64,000 nucleotides of DNA from Eledone cirrhosa (lineage: Eukaryota): positions 33,542,001 to 33,606,000 of the forward strand of contig OZ024752.1 in the NCBI GenBank assembly GCA_964016885.1. The letters run 5' to 3'. Each line of letters starts with the position of its first letter. Positions within the stretch are counted from its first letter, which is position 1. Below are positions 14,192 to 26,584 of the stretch, piece by piece. The position numbers and the translations under genes were made by a program. Below the pieces are notes generated by a model, which saw only the letters and a list, made by a program, of their open reading frames with translations, was not told the origin of the DNA and ran no database searches.

Positions 14192-14333
14192 ATGTCAAAT
14201 ACAATCACTCTCTCTCTGTCACAGTTTTATTCTAATTTATTGTTTTATTGTTTTATTGTGTTTTGAAGGTATTGTATGGAAAATATGTTTACTGATAAAA
14301 GTATATACTTGCTTTATCAACCTGCACATATAC

Positions 14334-14342
14334 ACATCTGTG

Positions 14343-14408
<66 letters not shown>

Positions 14409-14735
14409 GTACATATATCTATGTGTATGTATCATATATACATGTGTATGTGTGTGTATATACATATGCGTATGTGTGTGTATGTATACATGTGTGTGTA
14501 TACATGTGTATATATATACATGTACGTGTGTATATATATGTGTGTGTGTGTATATGTATGTGTGTATAAACGTGTGTGTGTATATACGTATGTGTGTATA
14601 TACGTATGTGTGTGTATATACGTGTGTATATGTATGTGTATATATGTGTGTGTATATGTGTATATACGTGTGTGTATATGATGTATGTGTGTGTATATAT
14701 ACGTATGTGTATATATGGATGTGTGCGTGTGTGTA
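14334..14735. repeat. Compound (TA)/(TG) microsatellite
   Basis: Seen directly. Source of several spurious ORFs. Confidence 0.95.
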
Positions 14736-14996
14736 CACTTAATATTGATGGTTGTGAGAATGAGTACTCAATACTGTGGTATAGTGTATATTAATATATT
14801 CTTTACAAAGACCAAGCTTGAGTTTCTCCCATGTACTCAGTGTTGTCAGGGTCATGAGTACACATGAAAAACACCAGAGGAACAACAAGACTCAAGCCTG
14901 GCCTTTACACACACAACTTTATATCTTCTTCGTACAAGTTCAATAGTCTTAATATGGTTCATTGTTTCACCTTGTCCTGTCTATACATTTGCTCTC

Positions 14997-15215
14997 TTAA
15001 CCTTTTAGCATTTACATTACTCTATATTTACTAATGTATTTTCATAGTAAAGGCTTTATCTCACATAATATTGAGTCTATGAGATTTTGTTATTATTTAT
15101 TTTGAGAACACTACCTTAAAGTCTGTATGAGGGCCAGTTATGGCCGGTTTGAACAGAAAAAGGTAGGTGAGAGAATTCTGGCTGGATATAGCCGGTTTAA
15201 ATGCTAAAGGGTTAA
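14997..15215 (-). mobile_element. piggyBac-type MITE
   Basis: TTAA-flanked TIRs, family body. Confidence 0.85.
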
Positions 15216-15424
15216 CACTAGTTTTATTACATTAACTCTGTATTACCCAATCTTCTATTTCATAGTATGTTTCTTATGTATTAACTAAAATTTTTATTTT
15301 TTAATTTAAATTACTTACAAAGTAGTATTCTGGGTATCTTGGGTTTTTGTTTTTGTACATAACAAAAAAAAAAAAAATTCTTCTTTGCCTACTTATTCCT
15401 GAGAGGGTTGTGGGGGCAGAGTCC

Positions 15425-15637
15425 TTAACTCTTTCACCTTTACATTACTCTATATATATAATTGTATTTTCGCGTGAAAGGCCTAACCTCACATATCGAA
15501 TCTATGAGATTTTGATATTATTTATTTTGAGAACAATACCTTAACATCAGTATGAGTGGCTAGTTACGGCCAGTTTGAACAGAAAGAGATGAGAGAATTC
15601 TGGCTGGATACGGCTGGTTTAAATGCTAAAGAGTTAA
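15425..15637 (-). mobile_element. piggyBac-type MITE inserted into another dispersed repeat
   Basis: gagtcc-TTAA[MITE]TTAA-acactcc, versus the empty paralogous site agacc-TTAA-acactcc at 21918-21921. Confidence 0.9.
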
Positions 15638-16518
15638 ACACTCCTTCCATTGGGTCCTGTCAAAAGCATCCATCTCCAATTAATCTGGCTAGATCCCCAA
15701 GTGGGACCAGCTGAGCTCATGATAAAACAAAAAAAAAGGTTATTCTCATTTTTAAATAGCTTCCTCTTTTGCCTGTTCCAGCTGACTGGCTATGGTCATG
15801 CTGGGGAACTGGCAATATCTTCCTAACTATTTTACCCAAGCTTGTATGAGTTACATGGTTTTTTGAATTCAGATACTTGATTGAATTTTTAAGCATGCAT
15901 TTTAGCGAGGTTTGTGTGTAGTGCCTAGTTTCTAAAGATTTGAAGCAATATCTATTCCTTCTGAAAGACTGTCTCCATGTGGACAATACATAAGATAGGT
16001 AGATACTGTGATAGGTGTGTGTGTGGGGGGCTAGGGTTACTAGCTAAATTGATAGAGTATCAATTGGCTATGGAACCGATGATTCATATCTACATGATGG
16101 ATGGTCTCTGAGCTGTGTTCATTGCTTAAACACTTAAGTTTTACTATCTGAGAAAAGTGTGTAATTGATGTGTTTTTAACTGACGTCTTCCCATAGGTAA
16201 ATATCTAGAAGAAGCAGTCTATGAAACTGACTTATTACATATACAATACATATATCATGTATGTATTATAGGTTAGGGGAGGGGAACATATAAAATCAGG
16301 AATAAAAACTAGAAATAAGGTAAAAAGAAAGCCTCACAAATTTGTAAATTTTGTGAACAACTTGATTTACAAATTTCAACAGAGGAATTGCTATCCATTT
16401 GTTTTGAATCTTTATGGAAGTTATTTATGTTTTGTGAGAGTCTTCAGTTGAAAATTGCTGACATTTTGTTTCTTAAAACAACTGCTTTGAATATGTTATT
16501 AATAATGTTGAATCATAA

Positions 16519-16566
<48 letters not shown>

Positions 16567-16707
16567 AGTTTATGTTGGTTGTATACCAACACCTCAGTAT
16601 GCAGGCTGGAGCACTCGACGAAGTGCGCAGGTTAGTTTGGTTACTCCGGAGTAGTGTAAAATAAAGTTAAATAAAAGTCAAATGATTAAAATTTAGCTTC
16701 GTTTATT

Positions 16708-16762
16708 ACTGCTATATATATTTCAGTGACAGCCATCTTTGGCTGTGACCTCTTCAGGCAGT
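16708..16762 (-). ncRNA. Minimal type I hammerhead ribozyme motif (antisense copy)
   Basis: Reverse complement of 16888-16942. Confidence 0.75.
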
Positions 16763-16887
16763 TTGAATTAGTATGGTATAGACAAGTACATATGTTGTTT
16801 AGGTGTATAATATTGTCAATACTCTGATATGCCCAGTTCCTTGTTGGGTTGTTAATTCACTGAGGAACTGGAGCCATACTAATTCAA

Positions 16888-16942
16888 ACTGCCTGAAGAG
16901 GTCACAGCCAAAGATGGCTGTCACTGAAATATATATAGCAGT
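16888..16942 (+). ncRNA. Minimal type I hammerhead ribozyme motif
   Basis: Stem I actgc/gcagt. CTGAAGA at 16893-16899. Stem II ggtcacagcca-aaga-tggctgtcact. GAAA at 16926-16929. Palindromic stem-loop III atatatat. AUA triplet with predicted cut after 16937. AATAAA follows. Confidence 0.75.
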
Positions 16943-17007
16943 AATAAACAAAGCTAAATTTGAATCATTTGACTTTTATTTAACTTTATATATATATATA
17001 TATATCA

Positions 17008-17296
17008 AAAGTTATGTTGGTACCACAACATCCAGCCTGAAACAAATGAGGTTGTGTAGGTGTCACAACAAAAAAAACACACAGTCCACGCTGTAATGTG
17101 GCCGTGTAGGTAACACGGTAAAAACCTCCCAGTCCACACTGTAAACGTGGTTGGTGTTAGGAAGGGCATCCAGCCGTAGAAAACCCGCCAGACAGTCCTA
17201 TGCGAGCAAGACAACCACTCTTGCCTCAAGTGGGAAAAGTCCCGTCCAAACCCATGCAAGCGTGGAATATGGACGTTAAACGATGATGATGATGAT
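17008..17296 (+). mobile_element. 5'-truncated retroposon (two 48 bp-type units plus (GAT)n tail)
   Basis: Near-identical to 24686-24974, 28891-29140 and the reverse copy at 33110-33390. Confidence 0.8.
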
Positions 17297-17312
17297 CAAC
17301 TAGAAATTGATT

Positions 17313-17349
<37 letters not shown>

Positions 17350-17562
17350 TAGATCTATATATATATATATTTATATATATATATATATATAACAACCACA
17401 GGGAATATTTTGTAAAGTGTGCAAGCCCACACAGCTAGGTAGGTAACTAATTAAAGTTTAACTAGAACTTCAAATATAGATACCTTTTAAAATGACTAAT
17501 CTCCTTTGTATATATTTCATTAAATAAAGAAATATATTTCAGCATCAATCGGTAAATCACAG

Positions 17563-17598
<36 letters not shown>

Positions 17599-17729
17599 AA
17601 TCAATTTCTAGTTGATATAAAATGCTTGGATCTATTCATTGGAATCTTTGAGCATATTCTACAGTGGATATGCCGCATGTCTCTCAAACATGACATCCTT
17701 AATTTTATTTTGGATATATATATATATAT

Positions 17730-17765
<36 letters not shown>

Positions 17766-18105
17766 GAGGCCCTTATCGAATAGAATATGTATAGCTTAAG
17801 TTGTTTCCTCACTCACTCAATAACCAATTAAGTTCATATTAAAATTCAAACCCAACTGGTTAGTGCACACATGTTAATCAGTATGTATATATACTATTTA
17901 TGTTGTGTGGTTTACCAATGGGTAGAACTGGTTATTCCGGTTTGCAAACCATGATGGAATAGTAAGAAAAGCCCTCTACTTTATGCAACTCATCCATCAG
18001 AGATTTATCATGTTGGTGGGGCAGGTACAGAGTTAAATATTTATTTAAAAAACAACAGAAATTTGTTTTGGCAATATCCCTTTAAAGTTTTAATGTTGCA
18101 AAACA

Positions 18106-18179
18106 ACACTGTAGATATTTCAATGGCCTAGTTACATCATCAGATCACGACGTAAGATCTTGGTGATATCATCAGGTGT
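18106..18179 (-). ncRNA. Degenerate hammerhead-like motif in a dispersed repeat
   Basis: Minus strand reads acac-CTGATGA-...-GAAA-tatctaca-gtgt. The surrounding 17900-18180 is a diverged reverse copy of 3925-4190. Confidence 0.35.
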
Positions 18180-18274
18180 GGATTGTAAACAAAATTAGTT
18201 GATCACGAAAAGAAATTACAGCAATCATAGAGAATATACTTGATTCGGAGGTGGCCCACGAATTTGGTGTTTTA

Positions 18275-18330
<56 letters not shown>

Positions 18331-18597
18331 CACACATATATATATATAAATATGCATACACACACACAGAGAAAGAGAGGGAGAAGGAAGGAAGGAAACT
18401 TATATTGTTTCCTTTTACAAACATTTTTAACATTCTTGAAATGTTAAAAAGCTTTAGTTATTGTGAGTCAAATTCCTTGATTTCCCAATTTCACATTTGG
18501 TGTAGATATTATCAAATTATATTTAATGTATGTACTTTTGAATTTAATGTATGTTCATTTGTTCTTCACCATTTTTCATGTTTTTTTATCTTTTCAG

Positions 18598-18709
18598 GGA
18601 TTGGGAAGATTCCCAAAGATGCAGCCAGTGTGAGGTCTACCCACCCAATACCTGCATCCTGTGGTATATATTACTTTGAAGTAAAAATTATCAGCAAAGG
18701 AAGAGATGG
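18598..18709 (+). CDS. RANBP9: RanBPM/RANBP9-10 homolog, internal coding exon (112 bp), start of SPRY domain
   Basis: Acceptor ttttcag| at 18597, donor |gtaagt at 18710. Encodes (G)[36 protein letters not shown](G), which I recognise as the RANBP9/10 SPRY motif. Phase 1 in, phase 2 out. Confidence 0.95.
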
Positions 18710-21240
18710 GTAAGTAATAGCTATAAATCATTTGTATATTGTTGTAATTAATGGTTTCTAAGTTAGGTTCAAGGCACAATTTTGGAGGGAGGGAAGGGCG
18801 AGTCGATTAAATTGACCCCAGTGCATATTGCTGCTTTCGACCCTGTAAGAGGGAAAGACTATTTAATAGTTATTTAAACTTGGAAGGAGTTAAAATACAG
18901 GTTCAACTTCCAGTATTTTACAAAATTTAATTATATATATATAATGGTTTCTGATTTAGGCACAAGACCAATAATTTGGGGAGAGGGGAAGTTGATTAAA
19001 TCAACCCCAGAGCATTACTGGTACTTTATTTTATTGACCCTGTAAGTGTGAAAGGAAAAGTTAACCTCAGCGGGATTTTAACTCACAACATGAAGGGCCA
19101 TCAGACGATACAAACCTCAATAGGGAACAGTTGGCAGGAGCAATGGAAAATTGTCAGTTGTGGAGAGTCTTTGTCAGAAATGTTTGACTGTGGTCGCAAT
19201 GATATATCATCATCATCATTTTAACATCTGCTTTCCCTGCTAATATATATATATATATATATATAAATATATCAGTTGAGAAACTAACCAGGCTTTAATG
19301 CATGTATTTCATTTCATTTCATTTTAAGTCCGCTTTTCCCTGCTTGCAAGGGTGGGACGGGAACTGATTCTGGCTTTATTTCTACAGCTGGATGCCCTTC
19401 CTAACACCAACCTCATTTACAGTGAGTGCTGGGTGCTTTTTTGCAGTGGAATGATAGGGAACCCAGTCCCTATCATCTCATTTCTACAGCTGAGTAAACT
19501 GGAGCAATGTAAAATAAAGTGTCTTGCTCAAAGAAACAACTACAATTTAAGGTGTTAAATAAAAAACATAACTCGCATAACGAATAAGTTATATTTAAAT
19601 GGCCGTACTTCTATATATATATATATACACACACAATGTGGTCTACCTCTCGTGGTAGAGTCTTGACCGTAGTTAGAACTTAATGTAATCCGCTAGCCAG
19701 TTATGTTCACAACAGTCATTCAGTGTCAACTGTATAAAAACTTTGCACACATACAATTATATACACATTTATTGATACATTCAATTGATAGGAAAGGAAA
19801 TGTTTAGATGCATACACACACATTTAAATGGCACCAGCCTCTCAAGTGTGGTTGCTATGTATGATAAAGGGGTTGGTGCTAGGATGAGTATCTACCCATA
19901 CAAAGTCATGCAAAAACCCTCTTTCTATTTTTATCGCAGTCTTTGTTATAAAAAAGATTTCTTTCTTTTCTTATTTATCTCAGTGTCAATATCACTTTGT
20001 TACCATTCAACATTCTCATTCGATGGTGTCCTATCGAAAGACATGTCATTCTCGGGGAAATATCTCAAATGAATCGTATTCAAATAAGTATCTTTAAATC
20101 ATTGGCTTCAAATACAATGGTATATGACATTCTTCTTATCTATATTAATTAGCATATTGCTGATAGTATTTTCTACTTTTTATATCTTTTATCTATAATT
20201 TAAGCAGTTTTGTCTTTATACAATAAAAATGGTATTTAAAATTTTTCTCTCATTTAATATATGAGTGTGTATAAAAAGTCTTAAAGTTTGTCTCAAGCCC
20301 AGAGGTTCATTAGGCCAGTGCTTATTCCAGTTTCTGGGGCATTAAGCTACTGAGAATGCAAAACTCCCCACTAGACAGGACACCAGTCCATCGCAGGGTT
20401 AAACCCCTCAGCTACTGTATTGATAGTCATTTTCAGCTGAGTATAGTGGAGCAGTGTGAAATGAGATGTTTTGCTCAAGAACACAACACACAAACCAGTC
20501 CAGGAATATAACTCACGACATTTTGATTGTAAGTCCAACACCCTTACTGTTAGAACATACACCTCCACATAATGTATAAAAGTCAACTAGGAAAAACAGT
20601 ACAGAAGAATGATGCAATACAATGATGGTACATTAGTTTAATGTTTGATGGAGTTGGAAAAGAGTCTACATACATACACACACACATATATACACACACG
20701 CATACATCCAACGTGTGTGTAATTGTTATTTTTAACATTGGTACAAGGCCAGCAATTCAGGAAAGAGGAAAGTTGATTATATCAACCCTGGTATTTAACC
20801 GGTACTTTAATTTTACTGACCCCAGAAGGGTGAAAGGTGAAGTTGACTTCGGTGGGATTTGAACTTTGAACATAGAATGTCATGACTAAATACCACAAAC
20901 TATTATATCTAACACTCTGCCGACCCACCGTTGTGTATATATGTAATTATAGCAATGTTTTGTAAGGAATACTGCCATAAAATTAAAACTTAAGTGACCT
21001 GTTATTTGCTAATTTTCACTCTCACCTATTTCACAGCAAGATATATAACCCTACTTAACTAAATATATTAATTTATATAATGTACATTAATAGATGAAGG
21101 TGTTGAAATCTTGTGTTACAATAAAGTTCATAAGTGTTATTTTATATTCAACTGTAAATATGTCACTAAAAGACAAATAGTAAATATATTGAACAAGACG
21201 TAGACTCCCATTGTTGCAAATATACATTTTAAAAATGAAG

Positions 21241-21415
21241 TACCGTATTTCCCGGTGTCGAAGACGCTACTTTTTTCCTAAAATAAGTCTAAAAAATCTA
21301 CCATGTGTCCTAGAGGCCGAAGGTTGTTTATTATTTTTTTTTCCAAAATTTTTGGTTGTCAAAATTAGGGTGTGTCCTCAAGGTCGAAGCATCTTCGGCG
21401 ACGGGAAATACGGTA
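21241..21415. mobile_element. Tc1/mariner-superfamily (pogo/Tc2-like) MITE
   Basis: TA-CCGTATTTCCCG ... CGGGAAATACGG-TA. Reverse copy at 38021-38190. Confidence 0.8.
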
Positions 21416-21430
21416 TTTCAAAATATGATA

Positions 21431-21766
21431 TACAATTGTCCCCCAGTTTTTGCGGGTGTTACGTTCCTAGAGACCCTGCCGCGAAGAGTGAAAAACTGCG
21501 AATACTGGACATGGTCCTATAAACGTCAAAATATAACATAAAATTTAATATAAAAAAAAAAGGGGGGTGTCCAATAGGCTGGAATATAGTCCAAATATGG
21601 AATATTGTTATTAATAATTTATAAATTTAAAAAATATATTGCCATGAAAAAAGCCATAAAAAAAATTGCAGAAGATATATACGATTCCACAAATATGCGA
21701 TGGTTTCCATGAACAATTATAAGTTAGGTTCTAAGGAATATTCCGCGAATGCTGGAGGTGCACTAT
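21431..21766. mobile_element. Degenerate Tigger-like MITE
   Basis: Imperfect termini tacaattgtcccccagtttttgcgg / ccgcgaatgctggaggtgcactata. Partial reverse copy at about 34767-34970. Confidence 0.5.
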
Positions 21767-23420
21767 ATAATAAGAATGCATATCTGAGAAGACAACTTTT
21801 GGTGTGGTACCTAACTTGAGGTTCCCCAACATTGTGGTTGATGATAGAAAGAAAGTATATAATTATGGTCTTCTTTTTCTTCTACTTATTCCTGAGAGGG
21901 TCATAGTGGTAGAGACCTTAAACACTCCTTCCAGCAGGTCCTTTCAGAAGCTACCATCTCCAATTGATCTGGCTGAATCACAAAACGAAACCAACCAAGC
22001 TCAAGGATGTTATCCAACCATAATCTGGATCTCCTGCCAGTTGGTATTGCTTGTAAAATCTGTCCAGCAATTCTTTCCATATAATTATAGTGAAAATTCT
22101 TAATTGAATCCATAGAAGCATATGATTTGTTGGTAATTGAAATAGCAAAAGTGGGGCCAAATTTGAACATCCTTCATCTTTTCAGGTAATGGAACCCAGA
22201 ATGGTTATTAATATTGTAGTTATGTGAGGCAGAGGTGAAGATGTAGGAAGGGTTAAGGTGACTTAACATGTGTTGTGTTTAGGAAGCAGAGAGATGGGTT
22301 TATCAGATGATTACAGAGAAGGTGTATGGTATAAATTATGAGTTAGTAACATGGTATTAGTGATATAATAAGTACACCGTTCAAAGATAGGAGAATAGAT
22401 AACTTATTTGTTGTAAGTTTAGATGTGTAACAAAACTTGGATGCAATATGATAGCTGCTGTAATATATACTTAAGGATCAGAAAAGACAAGCCATTTTTT
22501 TTTCAAGAATAACTGTCAAATATATATAACTGGGATATTGTTTTCAGTAGTAGGGAAATATAATGTCCTTGTTGGAGAACATCAACAAAGATATAATTAC
22601 GTGTATGTAGATTATATACAAGGAAAAATTGGTTGAGAAGACTTTATGGATGTGAGAATTCTCTAATTATGTGTATGGGGGTTATATACAAGGAAAAATT
22701 GGATGAAAAGATTCATGGATCTGAGTTCTTATATAGTGTAGATTATATACAAGGACAAATTAGGTGAAAAAACTTTATGGATCTCAATTTGATTTCTATA
22801 GATACAAACTTTAGAAAGTCAGACAGCTGACTTGTTAATCTATCAATTGGTATTGAAAGCTATATCAACATTCTTTCAAATCAAATGAGTGACAATGGAG
22901 ATGAATAAGAAACACAATATATCCCAGGAAATGAATGTGTTTTTCCAAAAAGAGAAAAGTGATTAGTGTGATAAAAGCAAAAGCAGTGAATGTTAAGAGA
23001 AAATCTACAAGTAGAAGAGAGTGAGCATTGAAAGACTAGCTTCTACAAGTCGTAGCAAAGCGTGGGAGAGAGTTTGTATAGAGAAGAGGACGTGGGGGCA
23101 TTTCTAAAAGACAGTTTTATGTAATCTAGTAATCACTTTGGTGGATGTAACCAAGCAGTCAGTGATATAACAGAAGATGATGTAAGAAGTGACAAGTTTG
23201 AAATGTTAAAGAAATGCACAAGCAGTGCAATAATGATGTATGGCAGGGAATTAAAGACATTGAATGCAAAGGACCTGCAGCAATTGAAGATTATTACATT
23301 GATATGATCCAGTCTATTCTAATGTTAACTTAGAAGAAGAAAATACTGGAGATACTTATATATATACTGCACTGAATATACGTGTGTGTGTGTGTGTATA
23401 TATACTGCACTGTATATGCT

Positions 23421-23468
<48 letters not shown>

Positions 23469-23625
23469 AATACTGTACTGTATACACTTGTGTGTGTGTA
23501 TCTATACACACACACACACACACATTGTATATATTTGTATATGTACACTGCACTGTATATGCTTGTGTGTGTATATATATATATTTATAAATACTGTACT
23601 GTATACACTTGTGTGTGTGTGTATC

Positions 23626-23710
<85 letters not shown>

Positions 23711-23767
23711 TGTATATACTTGTATATGTATACTGCACTGTATATATTTGTGTATATACTGCACTAT

Positions 23768-24113
23768 CATTTCATTTCATTTCATTTCATTTTACGTCCG
23801 CTTTTCCCTGCTTGCAAGGGTGAGACGGGAACTGATCTTGGCTTGATTTCTACAGCTGGATGCCCTTCCTAACTCCAACCTCATTTACAGTGAGTGTTGG
23901 GTGCTTTTTTGCCGTGGCACCTCCACGACCACTCTGCAGTGGAATGATAAGGACCTCAGTCCCTATCATCTCATTTCTACAGCTGAGTAAACTGGAGCAA
24001 TGTGAAATAAAGTGTCTTGCTCAAGGAAACAACACATCACCCGGTCTGAGAATTGAACTCACAACCTTTCGATTGCAAGGCCAATGCTCTAACCACTAAG
24101 CCATGTGCCTCCA
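23768..24113 (-). mobile_element. Full-length tRNA-headed SINE with CORE-like segment, one 48 bp-type unit and RTE-like tail
   Basis: Minus strand reads ggaggcacatggcttagtggttagagc (A box), gagttcaattc (B box), ttgagcaagacactttatttcacattgctccag, the unit, ggaagggcatccagc, cccttgcaagcagggaaaagcggacgtaaa(atgaa)n. Truncated copy at 19308-19540. Confidence 0.8.
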
Positions 24114-24326
24114 TATATATTTGTATATCCACACTATAAATGTGGTTGGTGTTAAGAAGGGCATCCAGCCATAGAAAACCTGCCAGATACAGTCCTATAT
24201 GAGCGAGACACGGTCACTTGATCAATGTTGCCTCAAGTGGGACAATTCCTGTGTAACTTATGCTAGTGTGGAAGATAGATGTTAAACGATTATGATGATG
24301 ACTGCACTGTATATATTTGTATATAT

Positions 24327-24974
24327 ATAGGAATAAGAGGGATCAGATGCTGTTTACTCGAGAGAAGACTACGTTGGTATGGTCACGTGATGCGCATGAA
24401 AGACGACAACTGTATAAAAAAGTGCAGGGCGATCAAAATAGACGGTAGCCACGGAGTAGGCAGACCCAGAAAAACCTGGGACGACTTGATAAATTCCGAC
24501 CTCACACACACTTACACCTCTCCAAGACAATGTCACTGGACCGAGTTCTTTGGCGGTACTCAGTAATAGAGAAGACCTACCTTGCCTAAGTACAAAGCGA
24601 AACCTACAGTCAGTAGGCATCTCTTAACAAAAATACACCCCCGTACCACCACCCCAACCCCATCCACACCACCCCTTTCGATGTAAAGTTATGTTGGTAC
24701 TACAACATCCAGTCCTAAATAAATCAGGTCGTGTAGGTGTCACGACAAAAAAAAACACACAGTCCACGCTGTAATGTGGTCGTGTAGGTAACGCGGTAAA
24801 AACCTCCCAGTCTACACTGTAAACGTGGTTGGTGTTAGGAAGGGCATCCAGCCGTAGAAAACCTGCCAGACAGTCCTATACGAGCAAGACAACCAATCTT
24901 GCCTCAAGTGGGAAAATTCCCATCCAAACCCATGCTAGCGTGGAAGATGGACGTTAAACGATGATGATGATGAT
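24327..24974 (+). mobile_element. RTE-clade LINE 3' fragment continuous with the 48 bp-unit region and (GAT)n tail
   Basis: GIRGIRCCLLERRLRWYGHVMRMKDDNCIKKCRAIKIDGSHGVGRPRKTWDD, then a linker, two units and the tail. Same composite reversed at 33110-33750. Confidence 0.85.
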
Positions 24975-25166
24975 ATACTGCACAGGTAGACAAATCTCAT
25001 CTCTATTTTACATAGAGCATTTACGATGTATCATATATATTTAAATCCAGATTTTGAAGGATCAGTAGATAAGGTGTATGCAAAGGTTTCGTTTATTTTC
25101 ATGAAAAAACATGTAACTTATACACAAATATTTATATATAATAGTATCTGATGTGGAAAATAGACA

Positions 25167-25380
25167 TTAACACTTTAGCATTTAGACCAGCTGTATCCAG
25201 CCAGAAATCTCTCACCTCTTTCTGTTCAAACTGGCTGTAACCGGCTTCTCATACTGATGTTAATGTATTGTTCTCAAAATAAATATCAAAATCTCGTAGA
25301 TTCGATATGTGAGATAAAACCTTTACCATGAAAATACAATAGTATATATATATAGAGTAATGTAAAAGCTAAAGGGTTAA
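25167..25380 (+). mobile_element. piggyBac-type MITE
   Basis: TTAA-flanked. Inserted in the ttaa of a retroposon tail remnant (gtggaaaatagacaTTAA...acaaagatgat). Confidence 0.85.
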
Positions 25381-25585
25381 ACAAAGATGATACACACACA
25401 CACACACATATATATACATACACATACATGTGTTGCACACGGTAGTGGGGGTAGCTGCTCTAGCCATGTGAAAGAATACGTTGACCGTCTTCAGGCAATC
25501 ACACACCCATATTCCCTTTCAAATACAGAAAGGTGGTATGAAAAGACCATCTAGTTAACACTATGAGGTGGCACATCACAGGGCC

Positions 25586-26275
25586 GTCACTCTAAATGTG
25601 AGCACACAGACAGGTAGATGTGGAGAAATTGTGGATGTGCTGTGTTCAAGATATGAGATGGAGGTGTGCCACAAGAAGTTGCCACTCTAATCCTGGGTAC
25701 ATACGAAGGTAGATGTGGGGAAATTGTGGATGTGTGCTGTGTTCAAGATATGAGATGGAGGTGTACCCCAAGAAGTTGCCACTCTAAACCTGGGTATATA
25801 CGAAGGTAGATGTGGAGAAATTGTGGATGTGTGCTGTGTTCAAGATATGAGATGGAGGTGTGCCCCAAGAAGTTGCCACTCTAATCCTGGGTACATACGA
25901 AGGTAGATGTGGGGAAATTGTGGATGTGTGCTGTGTTCAAGATATGAGATGGAGGTGTGCCCCAAGAAGTTGCCACTCTAATCCTGGGCACACACAAAGG
26001 TAGATGTGGGGAAATTGTGGATGTGTGCTATGTTCAAGATATGAGATGGAGGTGTGCCACAAGAAGTTGCCACTCTAATCCTGGGCACACACAAAGGTAG
26101 ATGTGGAGAAATTGTGGATGGGTGCTGTGTTCAAGATATGAGATGGAGGTGTGCCCCAAGAAGTTGCCACTCCAATCCTGGGCACACACAAAGGTAGATG
26201 TGGGGAAATTGTGAAGATGCACGAGAGGAGGTGAGTAGATGTGTGCTTTGTTCAAGATCCTAGATAGAGGAGGAG
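25586..26275 (+). repeat. 97 bp minisatellite, ~6.5 copies, derived from an RTE endonuclease N-terminal coding segment
   Basis: gccactctaa recurs at 25681, 25778 and 25875. Units translate to TLNVST..GRCGEIVD and DVCCVQDMRWR. Confidence 0.85.
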
Positions 26276-26584
26276 AGGATGGGGGCTCATGAAGCTGCCA
26301 CTGGGGAAATTGTAAAGATGTTTGAGGAGAGATGAGTGGATGACCTTAGTAAAGAAGAGGGGGTGGTGAAGGAACGCAAAGTGTCAATGGATGCTGTGCT
26401 GGAAAAGATCCATCAAACTCATGCAAGCAGGGAAAAATGGACATTAAACAGTGATGATGATGATGATGATATATATGGTAGTATACAGAATAATATATTG
26501 ATAAAGTGTAATAAGTCAGAGCAAGTAGCAAGACACTGTTTATCACTTCAGTTAATCTACTACTTTTGTCTTTCATGAGATTTA

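Larger units (their letters stand above)
16661..16989. repeat. Inverted duplication, 116 bp arms (16661-16776 / 16874-16989), Penelope-like pseudo-LTR pair
   Basis: Arms are near-exact reverse complements. Each carries a hammerhead motif plus AATAAA. Lies between (TA)n tracts. Confidence 0.85.

Noticed and set aside
14256-14867. Cys/Val/Tyr- and His/Thr-rich ORFs (also 23382-23872, 30047-30367, 52079-52617)
   Set aside because: Dinucleotide microsatellite translations.
1-18597. Upstream RanBPM exon or promoter
   Set aside because: No peptide resembling the expected preceding segment was found. It probably lies upstream of the window.
20015-20055. Hairpin followed by GAAAgacatGTC
   Set aside because: Lacks a CUGANGA box.
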